NCBI GenBank assembly: GCA_963720565.1
Contig: CAVRFW010000005.1
Location: 128,001 to 192,000 of the forward strand
DNA: 64,000 nucleotides
Direction of reading: 5' to 3'
Source of the DNA: Candidatus Bathyarchaeota archaeon
GTDB lineage: Archaea; Thermoproteota; Bathyarchaeia; Bathyarchaeales; Bathycorpusculaceae
In this document: positions 10,321 to 20,134 of the stretch, one piece after another
How positions within the stretch are numbered: position 1 is the first letter of the stretch
Layout of the letters: each line of letters opens with the position of its first letter
Notes under the pieces: model-generated
Seen by the model: the letters and a program-made list of their open reading frames with translations, nothing else
Databases searched by the model: none
Told to the model about the DNA's origin: nothing
Position numbers and translations under genes: made by a program

Positions 10321-10588
10321 CGTCACAAATCACAACTTTCAACGCAAGATAAAGCTCGTGAAAGCATAAGAACAAACAAGCCAAAATTCACAAACTAAAT
10401 ACCAAAATAAGCTTAAAACAAAGACATTCTCCACGACGGAATTTTCGGAAATTATTGGCATAGTTCCCTGCTCAACTGTGATATGTGATGTCATAGGTGA
10501 ATTTTCGAAGAAAGCACCATAAAACTTAAATCTTTACCATAAGACTGTGATATGTGATGCAACAAACTAGGTCACATACAAATCACAG
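10316..10588. repeat. TGTGA/TCACA repeat array 2
   Basis: Perfect palindrome TGTGACGTCACA 10316-10327; exact 16-bp direct repeat ACTGTGATATGTGATG at 10475-10490 and 10544-10559; further TCACA half-sites to about 10588. Confidence 0.8.
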
Positions 10589-10599
10589 AGGGGAATCTT

Positions 10600-11313
10600 G
10601 TGATTGAGCTCTCAGCAACACTCGTTATAGTGTTAATCTTGGTCACAATAGGAGCCTCGATAGAGTACTACAGGCAAATCCGAAAGACGCAAAGAGAATA
10701 TGAAAATGCCAAGAGCGCTGTTGAAAACATTGTTCTGAGTTTCAATAGAGAACTAAGAAGGGAAGCGGAAAGACTAGAGTTAGTAGCGTATAAGGTCGAG
10801 GGCAACAATGCTAGAGAAGACACCAACAGCAAGCGAATTGATTCAATCGAGATGAAAGTCGAGCCCTTGGAAAGTCTTCTTAGCGCGACATCAGAAAACA
10901 ATCAAGGCATTGTGTCGAAAGTCACCGAAGTCGATACTAAAGTGCAAGGACTCGAATTAGCCCAGGAGAGGCTAATAGCCAAAATCACGGGATTAGAGGA
11001 TGAAATGCAGAAATTCACATTCGCCCCTGAAATGAAGAGCGAGCCAGTTATGCCTATCAGAAGAGACAAGGCATTAGCGACATTGACTGAAACAGAGATA
11101 ATGGTGTTGGAAATGTTGTTATCTGAGGGCTCGAAAACGGCTCCTGAGATAAAAGAGAGAGTAGGACTCAGCAGGGAACATACCGCAAGACTGATGAAGA
11201 AACTCTATGAGGAGGGCTACCTGGAAAGAGAAACCGGTAAGATTCCATTCAGGTACAGCGCCAAACAAGAATTGGAAAAATTCCTAAAGAAGCCCGAAAA
11301 CCAACAGGCCTGA
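10600..11313 (+). CDS. Membrane-anchored coiled-coil protein with C-terminal winged HTH
   Basis: Hydrophobic N-terminus (LSATLVIVLILVTIGASI), ~120 aa heptad-rich segment, then LTETEIMVLEML...TAPEIKERVGLSREHTARLMKKLYEEGYLER wHTH. Confidence 0.8.
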   Translation: MIELSATLVIVLILVTIGASIEYYRQIRKTQREYENAKSAVENIVLSFNRELRREAERLELVAYKVEGNNAREDTNSKRIDSIEMKVEPLESLLSATSENNQGIVSKVTEVDTKVQGLELAQERLIAKITGLEDEMQKFTFAPEMKSEPVMPIRRDKALATLTETEIMVLEMLLSEGSKTAPEIKERVGLSREHTARLMKKLYEEGYLERETGKIPFRYSAKQELEKFLKKPENQQA

Positions 11314-11551
11314 CTTACCCAGAGAGGACGATTTTTTGCTTAAGTGTTTTTGTTCCTCCATCTACTTAAGAAATTTCAGCGAGGCGTGAGGACGGTAATT
11401 AACTCTCCAGTGTCTGTCTAGATAATCCGAGTGGCGAGAGGTTTTTGTTTGGACCACAAACTTATTCTTGGTTCCAATATAGCGTGCATGAGGGCATCTT
11501 AGGTAAATTCCCAGATTACTTGCTCTCTTGAGCACCGGGACGCGTTAAATC

Positions 11552-11995
11552 TTACTTCAACTGTTTCTGAATTATTGCCTGCGGAGCGCTTGGCGCAATC
11601 TTGTATTTCATGTTATTAGGTCCTCCTGTTCTCAGAAGAAAACCCCTGTTAGACATTCTAGCAAGATATGTTGAGACCGTACTGAGGCTTATTGGCTCTT
11701 TTAGTTCCTGTTCATAGACCGCCTGGATGTCTTTCGAAGAAAACCAAATCAAGGGAAAACTTTTCTGCGTTATGAAGCGCATTTTGTCAAATCTGGAAAG
11801 ATTATTCTTCGCGCCAGGGTTGGCAGCGTTAGAGACTGTGGCTTCTTCCGGCATGCCGCCTAGTAATTCAACGAGATCCAGTAATCGAACTGCTTTGTCT
11901 CGCGTTATTTGTCCCTCGAATGCGATAGTGTATCGATTACCTTCGCTATCGAATAGCTCTATACGCATTTTTCGAGCCGGCATTGAGTGGCTCAC
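11552..11995 (-). CDS. Putative DNA-binding protein, C-terminal winged helix
   Basis: WFSSKDIQAVYEQ...ISLSTVSTYLARMSNRGFL wHTH; small N-terminal beta domain; GTG start. Confidence 0.75.
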   Translation of the reverse strand: MSHSMPARKMRIELFDSEGNRYTIAFEGQITRDKAVRLLDLVELLGGMPEEATVSNAANPGAKNNLSRFDKMRFITQKSFPLIWFSSKDIQAVYEQELKEPISLSTVSTYLARMSNRGFLLRTGGPNNMKYKIAPSAPQAIIQKQLK

Positions 11996-12006
11996 CCTAA
12001 GAGATG

Positions 12007-12318
12007 TTCACAAGCTTTACACTTCACAACTTATAGCTGTTATGGTTAAATCAGCAGCAGTGAAAAGTCAATTTCAGTTCGGAAAAGATGAAATAGGCTG
12101 AATTTGCACTGTTTTCATAATTACAACCTTCACAAGAATCTGATTTCACCAAACAAATTCATGCTTTACTCAATTATGTATTTGCATTGGAAGCGTAGGG
12201 GGGTCTTCTTCACAGAAAAGGACCATAAAAATAGTTATTGTATTAGAAATAGAGGTTGAAATGAGGCAGTTTTATTGCAAATTCACACGGACTTCACAAA
12301 ATGTGAACAGTATGTGAT
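12007..12318. repeat. TTCACA repeat array
   Basis: TTCACA at 12007, 12023, 12129, 12209, 12282, 12293; inverted pair TTCACA-AAA-TGTGAA at 12293-12307. Confidence 0.7.
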
Positions 12319-12771
12319 TTGAAGGGTTACATACACTATGAAAATAACAAAGTTAGAGTATTTAGAGCAAATGGGATGAAGATGCTAAAAAGTGTCAAAA
12401 TATGTAAGAATGTTCAAAGTCTTTCAATAGAATGGGATAAGACAGCCACCCCTTCATTTCCTCTCGAAAAGTTTCTGAGAAGAAGACAATAACAGGGTGG
12501 AAAAAAGATTAGTTGAGGATTATCTAAAAAAATGAATAACAAATACTTATTATATGCTCAGTGTTGCTTAGGCTTCAGAGTATATTTCCTATTAAAGGAA
12601 ATCATAACAAATTCTTAATAGTATAGTATATTTCCAGTAGAAACTTTGGGGTGTGTGGCTGTCTTTACTTTACCGCCTGCTGCTTTAAGCTTACATCACA
12701 TTTTAGGATTGTCGTGCTTCAAAACTACTTTTTTGTACTGCATCCTTTATCTGCTCCACTCGAAATAACGG
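12181..12771. promoter_or_regulatory. Replication origin (oriC) with ORB elements and AT-rich unwinding element
   Basis: ORB-like TTTCCAGTAGAAACTTTGGGG 12631-12651 (+) and TTTCGAGAGGAAATGAAGGGG 12449-12469 (-) flank an AT-rich tract. Weaker boxes at 12181-12203 and 12755-12771. Directly upstream of cdc6. Confidence 0.85.
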
Positions 12772-12799
12772 TGTTGCCTTTGAAAGTGGTGGGTGCAAA

Positions 12800-14017
12800 A
12801 TGGGAAGTCATAGCACAATTGATGGAATATTCGAAAATTTCGTGAAGAGTGCCCAACTATTTAGAGATCGAGAGGTACTCAGGCACGACTATCTTCCTGA
12901 AAGCCTGCCTCACAGAGAAGAGCAAATTAGGCTTCTAGGTGAAACAGTGGCGCCAGTTTTGAAAGACGCTCGTTGTTCAAACATTTTCATTTACGGCAAA
13001 ACAGGTACAGGTAAGACTGCTGTGACCAAATACGTTTTGGGTCATTTGGAGACGAAAGCAAAGGAGTACGGTGCGCCAGTTAGATTTTCTTATGTTAACT
13101 GCAGGATGACAGGGTCAGCGTATAGAGTTTTTGCAAGTCTTACCCAGAGTCTGGGGATGTCTGTTCCTTTTACGGGGTTGTCTGTGGGAGAAGTTTTTGA
13201 TAGGTTTCGAGGGAGATTGGATTCTTCCCGAACTAATTTCATAGCTGTCTTAGATGAGATTGATGCCTTGATAAAAGATCGCGGAGATAGCGTTCTTTAC
13301 GAGCTAACCCGGATTAATGAAGGTCTCAGCAAGAGCAAGTTTTCCCTTATCGGTATATCCAATGACCTTCGATTGAAAGAGTTTCTGGACCCGCGCGTTT
13401 TTAGTTCATTAAGCGAGGAAGAAATAGTTTTCAGACCTTATGATGCAAGCGAATTGCGGAACATTCTTCTTGAGCGTTCAAAGTTGTCCTTCCACGAGGG
13501 TTCTCTTTCCGATGCAGCTTTGAGCATTTGCTCAGCCTTAGCTGCGGCAGAACATGGAGATGCTAGGCGTGCTCTTGATTTATTACGTGTTGCAGGTGAG
13601 GTTGCTGAGCGACGAGGTTCGAAACTGGTTTCTGAAGAACATGTTAGAGAGGCAGAGAAGCATATTGAGCATGACAGAGTCGTGGAAGCGTTGAAGAATT
13701 TGACTTTGCATTCAAAGCTTGTGCTTCTTAGTGTTTACCGTTTGAGTAAGGCGAGTGCAACTACTGGTGAGATTTTTGATGTTTACAGTCAACTCTGTGG
13801 CGAACTGGGATCCGGGCTCCTTACTCAGAGGCGTCTTGGCACTTTAATTAATGAACTTGACTCGATGGGTCTTGTGAATGCAAAAGTCGTGAGTATGGGG
13901 CGGTATGGTCGCACAAAGAAGATTAGGCTTGAGATATCACGGACTCTTGTCAAGGATGTTTTCCACGGTGATGCTCGACTAGGGCGCTTCTTCGATCCTA
14001 TCCGTAATTCCCTTTAG
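12800..14017 (+). CDS. cdc6: Orc1/Cdc6 replication initiator
   Basis: YLPESLPHRE, GKTGTGKT, LDEID, GDARRALDLL, GRYGRT wing. Confidence 0.97.
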   Translation: MGSHSTIDGIFENFVKSAQLFRDREVLRHDYLPESLPHREEQIRLLGETVAPVLKDARCSNIFIYGKTGTGKTAVTKYVLGHLETKAKEYGAPVRFSYVNCRMTGSAYRVFASLTQSLGMSVPFTGLSVGEVFDRFRGRLDSSRTNFIAVLDEIDALIKDRGDSVLYELTRINEGLSKSKFSLIGISNDLRLKEFLDPRVFSSLSEEEIVFRPYDASELRNILLERSKLSFHEGSLSDAALSICSALAAAEHGDARRALDLLRVAGEVAERRGSKLVSEEHVREAEKHIEHDRVVEALKNLTLHSKLVLLSVYRLSKASATTGEIFDVYSQLCGELGSGLLTQRRLGTLINELDSMGLVNAKVVSMGRYGRTKKIRLEISRTLVKDVFHGDARLGRFFDPIRNSL

Positions 14018-14112
14018 CATTTTGAATTATGTGCATCGAAAAACAGGTTCCAGAAGACCTATTTGGCTACATTGAAGTACAATAGCTCATCAAGGGTTAC
14101 CGCCTTGAAAGA

Positions 14113-15669
14113 CTAGATGAAGGACAGAACATTAGTTTCAAGGGTTTGGAGGTTTATCACCGGCACTTTGCCCGGCGTAGGCATTAACCCCAGCTTTTGC
14201 ATGTAGTCTGTCTGATCTTGCCATCCGCCCGAGTTAACAACTAGGACACCACGATAATTGCAGCATCCCACAACGTGTACGTGTCCCGCGTGAAAAACGT
14301 CGGGTAATCGATCTATTACAAGGAAATCTCGGTTTTCAGGCGATAACAATGTTTTCCCCCCGTATGTGGGTGCTAAATGGCGGCTTTGAAGGAGTAGTTT
14401 CATTGCTTTCTCAGGGTATGCATGACTCAAGCCAGGAATTGAAGCGATGACATCATCTAGACTGCGACCGTGGTACATTAAAACTTCCACTTTGTGAAGG
14501 CCGACCAAACAGGGGTCTCCAAGCGAGTGTACTCTCCTATATTTTTGCATATCACTCAAGAACTCATTTGATATTGCAGGCTGAGGGAGTGCTTTCCTAG
14601 GTGCGTCATGGTTTCCAGGAGAAACGATGACTTCGATATAGTCTGGTATTTGCCCGATTAGTTTTGAGGCAAACCTGTATTGTTTATGTACGTCTTTTAT
14701 GACGAGTTCCTTAATCTGGTTCGGGTAGACACCTACTCCGTCAACTATGTCGCCTGCAATTAGTACGTATTTGACGCGACCAGCAATTTCTCTCATTGTG
14801 TTGTTTCCGTATTTGCCGTTAAGCCATAAGATGAACCGGTTGAACGCTTCTCTGTTGAATTTTGTGCTACCTACGTGTATGTCGGAGGTAAGCACAGCAT
14901 AAACGGGTTCTGAAGACCTGCGTTGAGGCTTCTGACCTACTTCTGGAAAAATTATGTCTTCAGCTAGGAACAGCTTGCTTCTGGTTTTTACGCCTGCAAC
15001 ACAAACGACTTGGTCGGGAAGTAGCAACTGCGCTTTTCTATGCAACTCCTCAGGCGCGTTATGAGAAACTAGTATGCTGGCGCTTGCTTGCAAGTCTTCA
15101 ACCGTGATTATAATTTGTCTTTTTACCTCTCGTTTTTCAGTTACCATGCCTATTATTTTCAGTTTGGTCTTAGCGGGTGACTTCAATGCCTCAATAATCG
15201 GAGTTGCTGCCTTGACGTCTATCCTCTGTCGTAGAAGGCGTTCAATCCGTTTGAATCGATCCTGAAAGTATTGGAGGTATTCTTCTATTGTTCCATTGGA
15301 GGTGAGTTTCCCTGTTGGGTCTTCAATTATGCTAAGCTCTGATTCCACATCCTTTGCATAAGGATGAAAACTGCTGTTGGCTTCAGTGATTGGTTCTTCT
15401 GCCCTCTCTATTTGCTCTTCCTCTTTCGGTTGTTCGGGCATTTCCTCAATAGGACCTGGCTGACTAAGGAGTGTTTCCAGAAAGACTCTGTCAATAAATA
15501 CTGGTTTTTCGTTTAACTCCTCAATTCTCAGCAACGCCCTGTTCATAATGGCAGTGGGGTCGTCAGTTAGGGCTGCGGCGCTTAGGAGTTCAAAGGCTTC
15601 CCTGTCTAGTTGGTATCCCGCTGCAATAGTTGTTTCAACGGCTCTCTGTAGCCTTTCTATTCCACTCAC
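14113..15669 (-). CDS. polB: DNA polymerase D small subunit DP1 (exonuclease)
   Basis: OB fold plus SDIHVGS, AGDIVDG, PGNHD, HGRS, GHVH phosphoesterase motifs. Confidence 0.96.
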   Translation of the reverse strand: MSGIERLQRAVETTIAAGYQLDREAFELLSAAALTDDPTAIMNRALLRIEELNEKPVFIDRVFLETLLSQPGPIEEMPEQPKEEEQIERAEEPITEANSSFHPYAKDVESELSIIEDPTGKLTSNGTIEEYLQYFQDRFKRIERLLRQRIDVKAATPIIEALKSPAKTKLKIIGMVTEKREVKRQIIITVEDLQASASILVSHNAPEELHRKAQLLLPDQVVCVAGVKTRSKLFLAEDIIFPEVGQKPQRRSSEPVYAVLTSDIHVGSTKFNREAFNRFILWLNGKYGNNTMREIAGRVKYVLIAGDIVDGVGVYPNQIKELVIKDVHKQYRFASKLIGQIPDYIEVIVSPGNHDAPRKALPQPAISNEFLSDMQKYRRVHSLGDPCLVGLHKVEVLMYHGRSLDDVIASIPGLSHAYPEKAMKLLLQSRHLAPTYGGKTLLSPENRDFLVIDRLPDVFHAGHVHVVGCCNYRGVLVVNSGGWQDQTDYMQKLGLMPTPGKVPVINLQTLETNVLSFI

Positions 15670-16086
15670 GCCGCAATGTCTCCTCTGCTCTATTCTTAGG
15701 CTATTTTCGCTCCTTCCCCAAGGACAATTCGCTTTCTCCCTCTTTTAGATTCAATAACGTTTGGGAAAGCAGTTTAATAGCGAGCAGTGTCTATATGTTT
15801 TCTCCTCTATTTGTCTATTCACTCTTGCCGCTTTGTGTTGAGGCTGAAATTCAGTTAGCTTTTCTACATGATATCTTCATCTACATACTTGTTGACAGTT
15901 GAATACGAGTTCCCAACGGTCTCTGATTGGGCAAAAATCTTGAATAAATTTGTTCACAGCACTCAAACAAGCATACTGGAAGCGAATTTCCTTTAATTTA
16001 CTTCTATCCCCCTATCTCGAACGTAGGGCTTTGGGAATATCTACAAGTGAAAACATTTTAGACAGTGCAGCACTCCTTGTATTCGA

Positions 16087-16210
16087 GCCGGGGTGGCGGA
16101 GTGGTTATCGCGCTGGCCTCGAGATCCAGAAAGGCACAGTTAGGGCTATGCCAGAGACAAGCCAGCCAGTGGGCCTTTGGCTCGCAGGGGTTCGAGTCCC
16201 TTCCCCGGCG
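16087..16210 (+). tRNA. tRNA-Ser(CGA) with ~40-nt intron at 37/38 (about 16124-16163)
   Basis: Acceptor GCCGGGG/CCCCGGC, anticodon stem CTGGC/GCCAG with CGA, long variable arm GGGCC-TTT-GGCTC, T loop TTCGAGT. Confidence 0.9.
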
Positions 16211-16432
16211 CCCTTGCCCATTGTCTTACGCGGGCTAGATGGAATTTGAGGTCAAAAATTCTGACAGAACTTCTCCTATGACTTACCCTCCGAGCTTTGC
16301 AATTACTCCGTTTGTTTATGCAAGCTCTCCCACTGTCTTTTTCATCCCACCAACAAGAGCATTCAACCATGCAAAACATATTAGGCGCGTATATTCATGT
16401 ATCATCCGAAAGATTGGTGTCGGAGACGAAAA

Positions 16433-17818
16433 ATGGGCCTTCACATAACTCTTGTGAACCCGCCTTATCCAAGCGGGTCTCATCAGCATCCACCGTTCAC
16501 ACCTTTGGGTTTGGGGTATTTGGCTGCTGTTCTGGAGAAGAAGCATTACACTGTCGATGTGATTGATTGCCAAGCAATCGGATGGACGTATGAGCAGGTT
16601 AAAAACGAGGTCAAAAAACGCCGCCCCGACGTAGTGGGTATAACCTCTACAACGCTTACATACAAGTCAGCTTTGCGCGTAGCAGAATTAGCCAAGGAAG
16701 TATGCCCGAATTGCCTAACTCTTCTCGGCGGTTCCCATGTTACCTTCTGGGATGACAAAGCGCTACTAGACTGCCCCTCTATAGATGTTGTAGTGCGAAA
16801 GGAGGGTGAAAATACGCTGCTAGACCTTGTTGAGAGGATAGAAGCAGGGAAAGACTACCGTTATGTGTTGGGTACAACCTCTAGGAAAGATGGAGAAATC
16901 ATAAAGAACCCTGATAGAGATTACATCGAGAATCTAGACGAGCTTCCATTCCCAGCCCATCATCTTTGGCCAATCGACCAGCTTCAGAAGTATGGAAGTG
17001 TAGTGTTTCCGATAATCGCAAGTCGTGGTTGTGTTTACTGGTGCGACTTCTGCACAACTGTAAGAATGTTTGGACGTCGATATCGCATGAGAAGCCCTAA
17101 AAATGTGGTGGACGAGATTGAATATCTTCAGAAAACCTTTGGGGCTCATCAGTTTACATTCTATGATGACGCTTTTACTGTGAACCAAGAGAGGACCGCT
17201 GAGATATGCAGGGAAATAAAGAATCGAAAACTAAAAGTAGAATGGGACTGCGAAACCCGAGTTGACATGGTTACAAAAGATTTGCTCTTTAGTATGAAAG
17301 ATGCCGGCTGTTTCGCCGTGTGGTTCGGAGTAGAATCAGGCTCGCAGACCGTCTTAGATGCTATGAGAAAAGGGATTACTCCTGCTCAAACAATCAATGC
17401 TTTCAGTTGGGCAAAAGAAGTTGGGTTGATGACTGTTGCGGGCGTGGTTCTTGGTTTTCCAGGTGAAACCAAGGAAACCATATGGGAGACAATAAAGTTC
17501 ATAGAACGCCTTAACCCCGGCGACGTGGGCTACTATATTGCAACACCCTACCCGGGAACACCGTTGTATGAACATGTTGTAGAAGAGGGATTGCTTAAGA
17601 TCCACGACTTCGATAGATACGACACTGCAACTCCCGTGTTTGAAATGGGGACCATGACTGGGCAAGAACTGAGAGAAATTCGCGAACGCGCATTCGAGAG
17701 GTTCTATCTAAGACCAGGCTACTTTTTCAGCATGCTAGGCAAAGGCAGGTTCTGGAGCTTCTCGATAATTCGAACGATATTTGCGCATCTTGTTCGAGCC
17801 GTAAAACGCCGGCTATGA
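16433..17818 (+). CDS. Cobalamin-binding radical SAM protein
   Basis: PLGLGYLAA and GGSHVT B12-binding domain; SRGCVYWCDFC cluster motif; likely start MGLHITLVNPP. Confidence 0.9.
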   Translation: MGLHITLVNPPYPSGSHQHPPFTPLGLGYLAAVLEKKHYTVDVIDCQAIGWTYEQVKNEVKKRRPDVVGITSTTLTYKSALRVAELAKEVCPNCLTLLGGSHVTFWDDKALLDCPSIDVVVRKEGENTLLDLVERIEAGKDYRYVLGTTSRKDGEIIKNPDRDYIENLDELPFPAHHLWPIDQLQKYGSVVFPIIASRGCVYWCDFCTTVRMFGRRYRMRSPKNVVDEIEYLQKTFGAHQFTFYDDAFTVNQERTAEICREIKNRKLKVEWDCETRVDMVTKDLLFSMKDAGCFAVWFGVESGSQTVLDAMRKGITPAQTINAFSWAKEVGLMTVAGVVLGFPGETKETIWETIKFIERLNPGDVGYYIATPYPGTPLYEHVVEEGLLKIHDFDRYDTATPVFEMGTMTGQELREIRERAFERFYLRPGYFFSMLGKGRFWSFSIIRTIFAHLVRAVKRRL

Positions 17819-17937
17819 ATGAAATAATTGCCTTCCCTTCTTGGTTGATTAGACGGGAGAGATCCTCGAATTTTAACATTGAAACTTCGAGCTCTACTGT
17901 GTAAGATATTTATTTTCCGTTTACCAAGTGTTTAGCA

Positions 17938-19128
17938 TTGTTGAAATTGATAAAATCAGTGTTGGTGCTAACGCTTAGTGCGCTTCTAATTCTTTGCGTT
18001 AGCTTACCTGTTTTCTTCTTTTGTTCGAACGAGAGCGGTGTTGTTGAGGAACAATTTTTTTTCGGGGTCACGTATGGCTCAAACACTACCCAGGAAGCCA
18101 AGTTGCTGATTGACAAAGCCAAAGGTTACACAAATCTTTTCATTGTCGATTCTTGGGATATAAGCACTAACGAAACCGCCCTTAATGAGATCTGTCAGTA
18201 CGCGGTAAATTCGGGATTGAGCGTAATGGTTTATTTTGATTACGTATTCTACGAAGTTGAACAGTGGTCTTGGCTTCGAAATTGGATGGAGACAACAAGA
18301 GAGAGATGGGGTGACAAATTTTTGGGAATTTACCTTTTTGATGAGCCGGGTGGAAACCAGATTGACACAAACCAATGGCGTAGTGGAACATTGGCTAGAC
18401 AGGCTATGGAAAACGCTTCAGACTACAGCGATGCCGCAGGCAGGTTTGTCAAAGATATTCCTTCAACCATAAGCTGGAGAAATGTGAAAAGTGTGAACCT
18501 CCCCATTTTCACTTCTGACTACGCGCTCTACTGGTTTGATTACTTAGCGGGTTATGACGCAGTCTTCGTGGAACTAGGTTGGAACACAAGTTCGATTCAA
18601 CAGCTGGCTCTTTGCCGTGGGGCAGCGAACGTCCAAGGAAAGGATTGGGGTGCCATAATCACATGGACTTACAATGATCCGCCCTACTTGGCAAGTGGAC
18701 CAGAAATATATGCAGAAATGGTCACCGCTTACGATGCAGGAGCAAAGTATGTCGTTGCCTTCAATTTTCCAAAGCACCCTGAGACCAACCCTTACGGCGT
18801 ATTAGCTGAAGAACACTTTGTCGCAATGCAGCAGTTCTGGGATTACGTTCAAACCCGTCCAAGAAGAGGCAATGCAGACGCGAGTGGGCAAGTGGCTTTT
18901 GTTCTGCCGAAGGATTACGGTTGGGGCACTAGACGAACGAAGAATTTCATAGAAGATAGGATATGGGGTTTTTGGCCGGAAGACCAAACAACACTTATAG
19001 TCGGAAAAAATATGCGCATACTTTTAAACTTGTATGGACTGAAGCTAGACATAATCTATGACGATCCACAGTTTAGTTATCAAGAAATGTACAAGCAAAT
19101 CTATTATTGGAACAGCACCCTTATCTAA
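17938..19128 (+). CDS. Secreted or membrane-anchored hypothetical protein, possible glycoside-hydrolase-like barrel
   Basis: Signal-like N-terminus; GIYLFDEPGG motif; aromatic-rich. Confidence 0.6.
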   Translation: MLKLIKSVLVLTLSALLILCVSLPVFFFCSNESGVVEEQFFFGVTYGSNTTQEAKLLIDKAKGYTNLFIVDSWDISTNETALNEICQYAVNSGLSVMVYFDYVFYEVEQWSWLRNWMETTRERWGDKFLGIYLFDEPGGNQIDTNQWRSGTLARQAMENASDYSDAAGRFVKDIPSTISWRNVKSVNLPIFTSDYALYWFDYLAGYDAVFVELGWNTSSIQQLALCRGAANVQGKDWGAIITWTYNDPPYLASGPEIYAEMVTAYDAGAKYVVAFNFPKHPETNPYGVLAEEHFVAMQQFWDYVQTRPRRGNADASGQVAFVLPKDYGWGTRRTKNFIEDRIWGFWPEDQTTLIVGKNMRILLNLYGLKLDIIYDDPQFSYQEMYKQIYYWNSTLI

Positions 19129-19885
19129 GGGTGAAGCAATCGGTCGATTTCTCTATTCTTTGCCTTAATTTCGCTCTTTGAACATCCATATAAAGGAAAT
19201 TTCCGACGCGGTTCGGGTAGCCACCAAAGTCTAGCTCTTCCTTTCTTCTGATTACCTTTTCAATTTCAATTGTCTCTTTAAACAGCGGGGCATCCAACAC
19301 GGTCGTATGGTATTCTCCGGGTTCGCCTGTGGCGTCTATTCCTTTCTTCCATGGACCAATCAGGGGTTTCATATCTTCGACGCATTTTCTATCGAACTCG
19401 CGACCAAACCATTCCTCTCCGAGATAATTCAGGTCTACGCAACTTATGATGGGCTTCATCCCCACCGAGAGTTCTATATCCAAGATCCTTTTTCGATAGC
19501 GGTTGCCTGGGAGGAGGGAGAAGAAGGGTCTGTCCCACAGAGGCATTATCAACTTCATTCCTAACTTTTTGCACGCGTAGTCCCACGTGCGCTTATGATG
19601 AACGTTATCGATATCGCCTGTTACTATTCCTTCGATTTCCTCTTCTTTCTTCAAACGGGCAAGCTCGCCAACGATGCCCTCGAATCGATCTCCTTCGACT
19701 TTAACTTTGAGGTGGGGCAATCCCAAGGCCTTAGCCTGCAGCTCAGCTACGGGTATGCTATGGAAAATATAGGGTTCCATGTAAACATAGGTAACTAGGT
19801 AAACAACCTCGTGGCCTTGTTCGACTATCTTATGAAGTGCTGTGCAACAATCCTTTCCGCCGCTCCAGTGAACAATAACTCTCAT
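19121..19885 (-). CDS. PP-loop ATPase, diphthine-ammonia ligase (Dph6/MJ0570) family
   Basis: WSGGKD, TGDI, PLW, GEPGEYHTTVLDAPLF. Confidence 0.85.
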   Translation of the reverse strand: MRVIVHWSGGKDCCTALHKIVEQGHEVVYLVTYVYMEPYIFHSIPVAELQAKALGLPHLKVKVEGDRFEGIVGELARLKKEEEIEGIVTGDIDNVHHKRTWDYACKKLGMKLIMPLWDRPFFSLLPGNRYRKRILDIELSVGMKPIISCVDLNYLGEEWFGREFDRKCVEDMKPLIGPWKKGIDATGEPGEYHTTVLDAPLFKETIEIEKVIRRKEELDFGGYPNRVGNFLYMDVQRAKLRQRIEKSTDCFTLR

Positions 19886-20134
19886 CTGAGGCCACCTATC
19901 AAACGAAATGGTTAGACAATAGTATCATTATTAACCTTTATGTCGCACAAAGAATTCTGTGATAGCTCCAATTTTAAACACTGTTTGATTTTGGCCTGAT
20001 AAAATTTTAAACAATTTTCGAAAAGTGATCAAGGGTTCGTGTTGATAGTACTTGAGTGTAGCAGGAGTTAGAATGGCGATACACTATTTTGAAGTCTCTA
20101 TGCGCCTTTATTGCCTGGGTATTCCTTTGAAGAG

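Noticed and set aside
9300..10600. Repeats as a CRISPR array
   Set aside because: Repeats are short, degenerate and irregularly spaced, with no unique spacers and no cas genes.
15950..16448. Short ORFs overlapping tRNA-Ser
   Set aside because: They are shadow frames across the tRNA and the radical SAM promoter.
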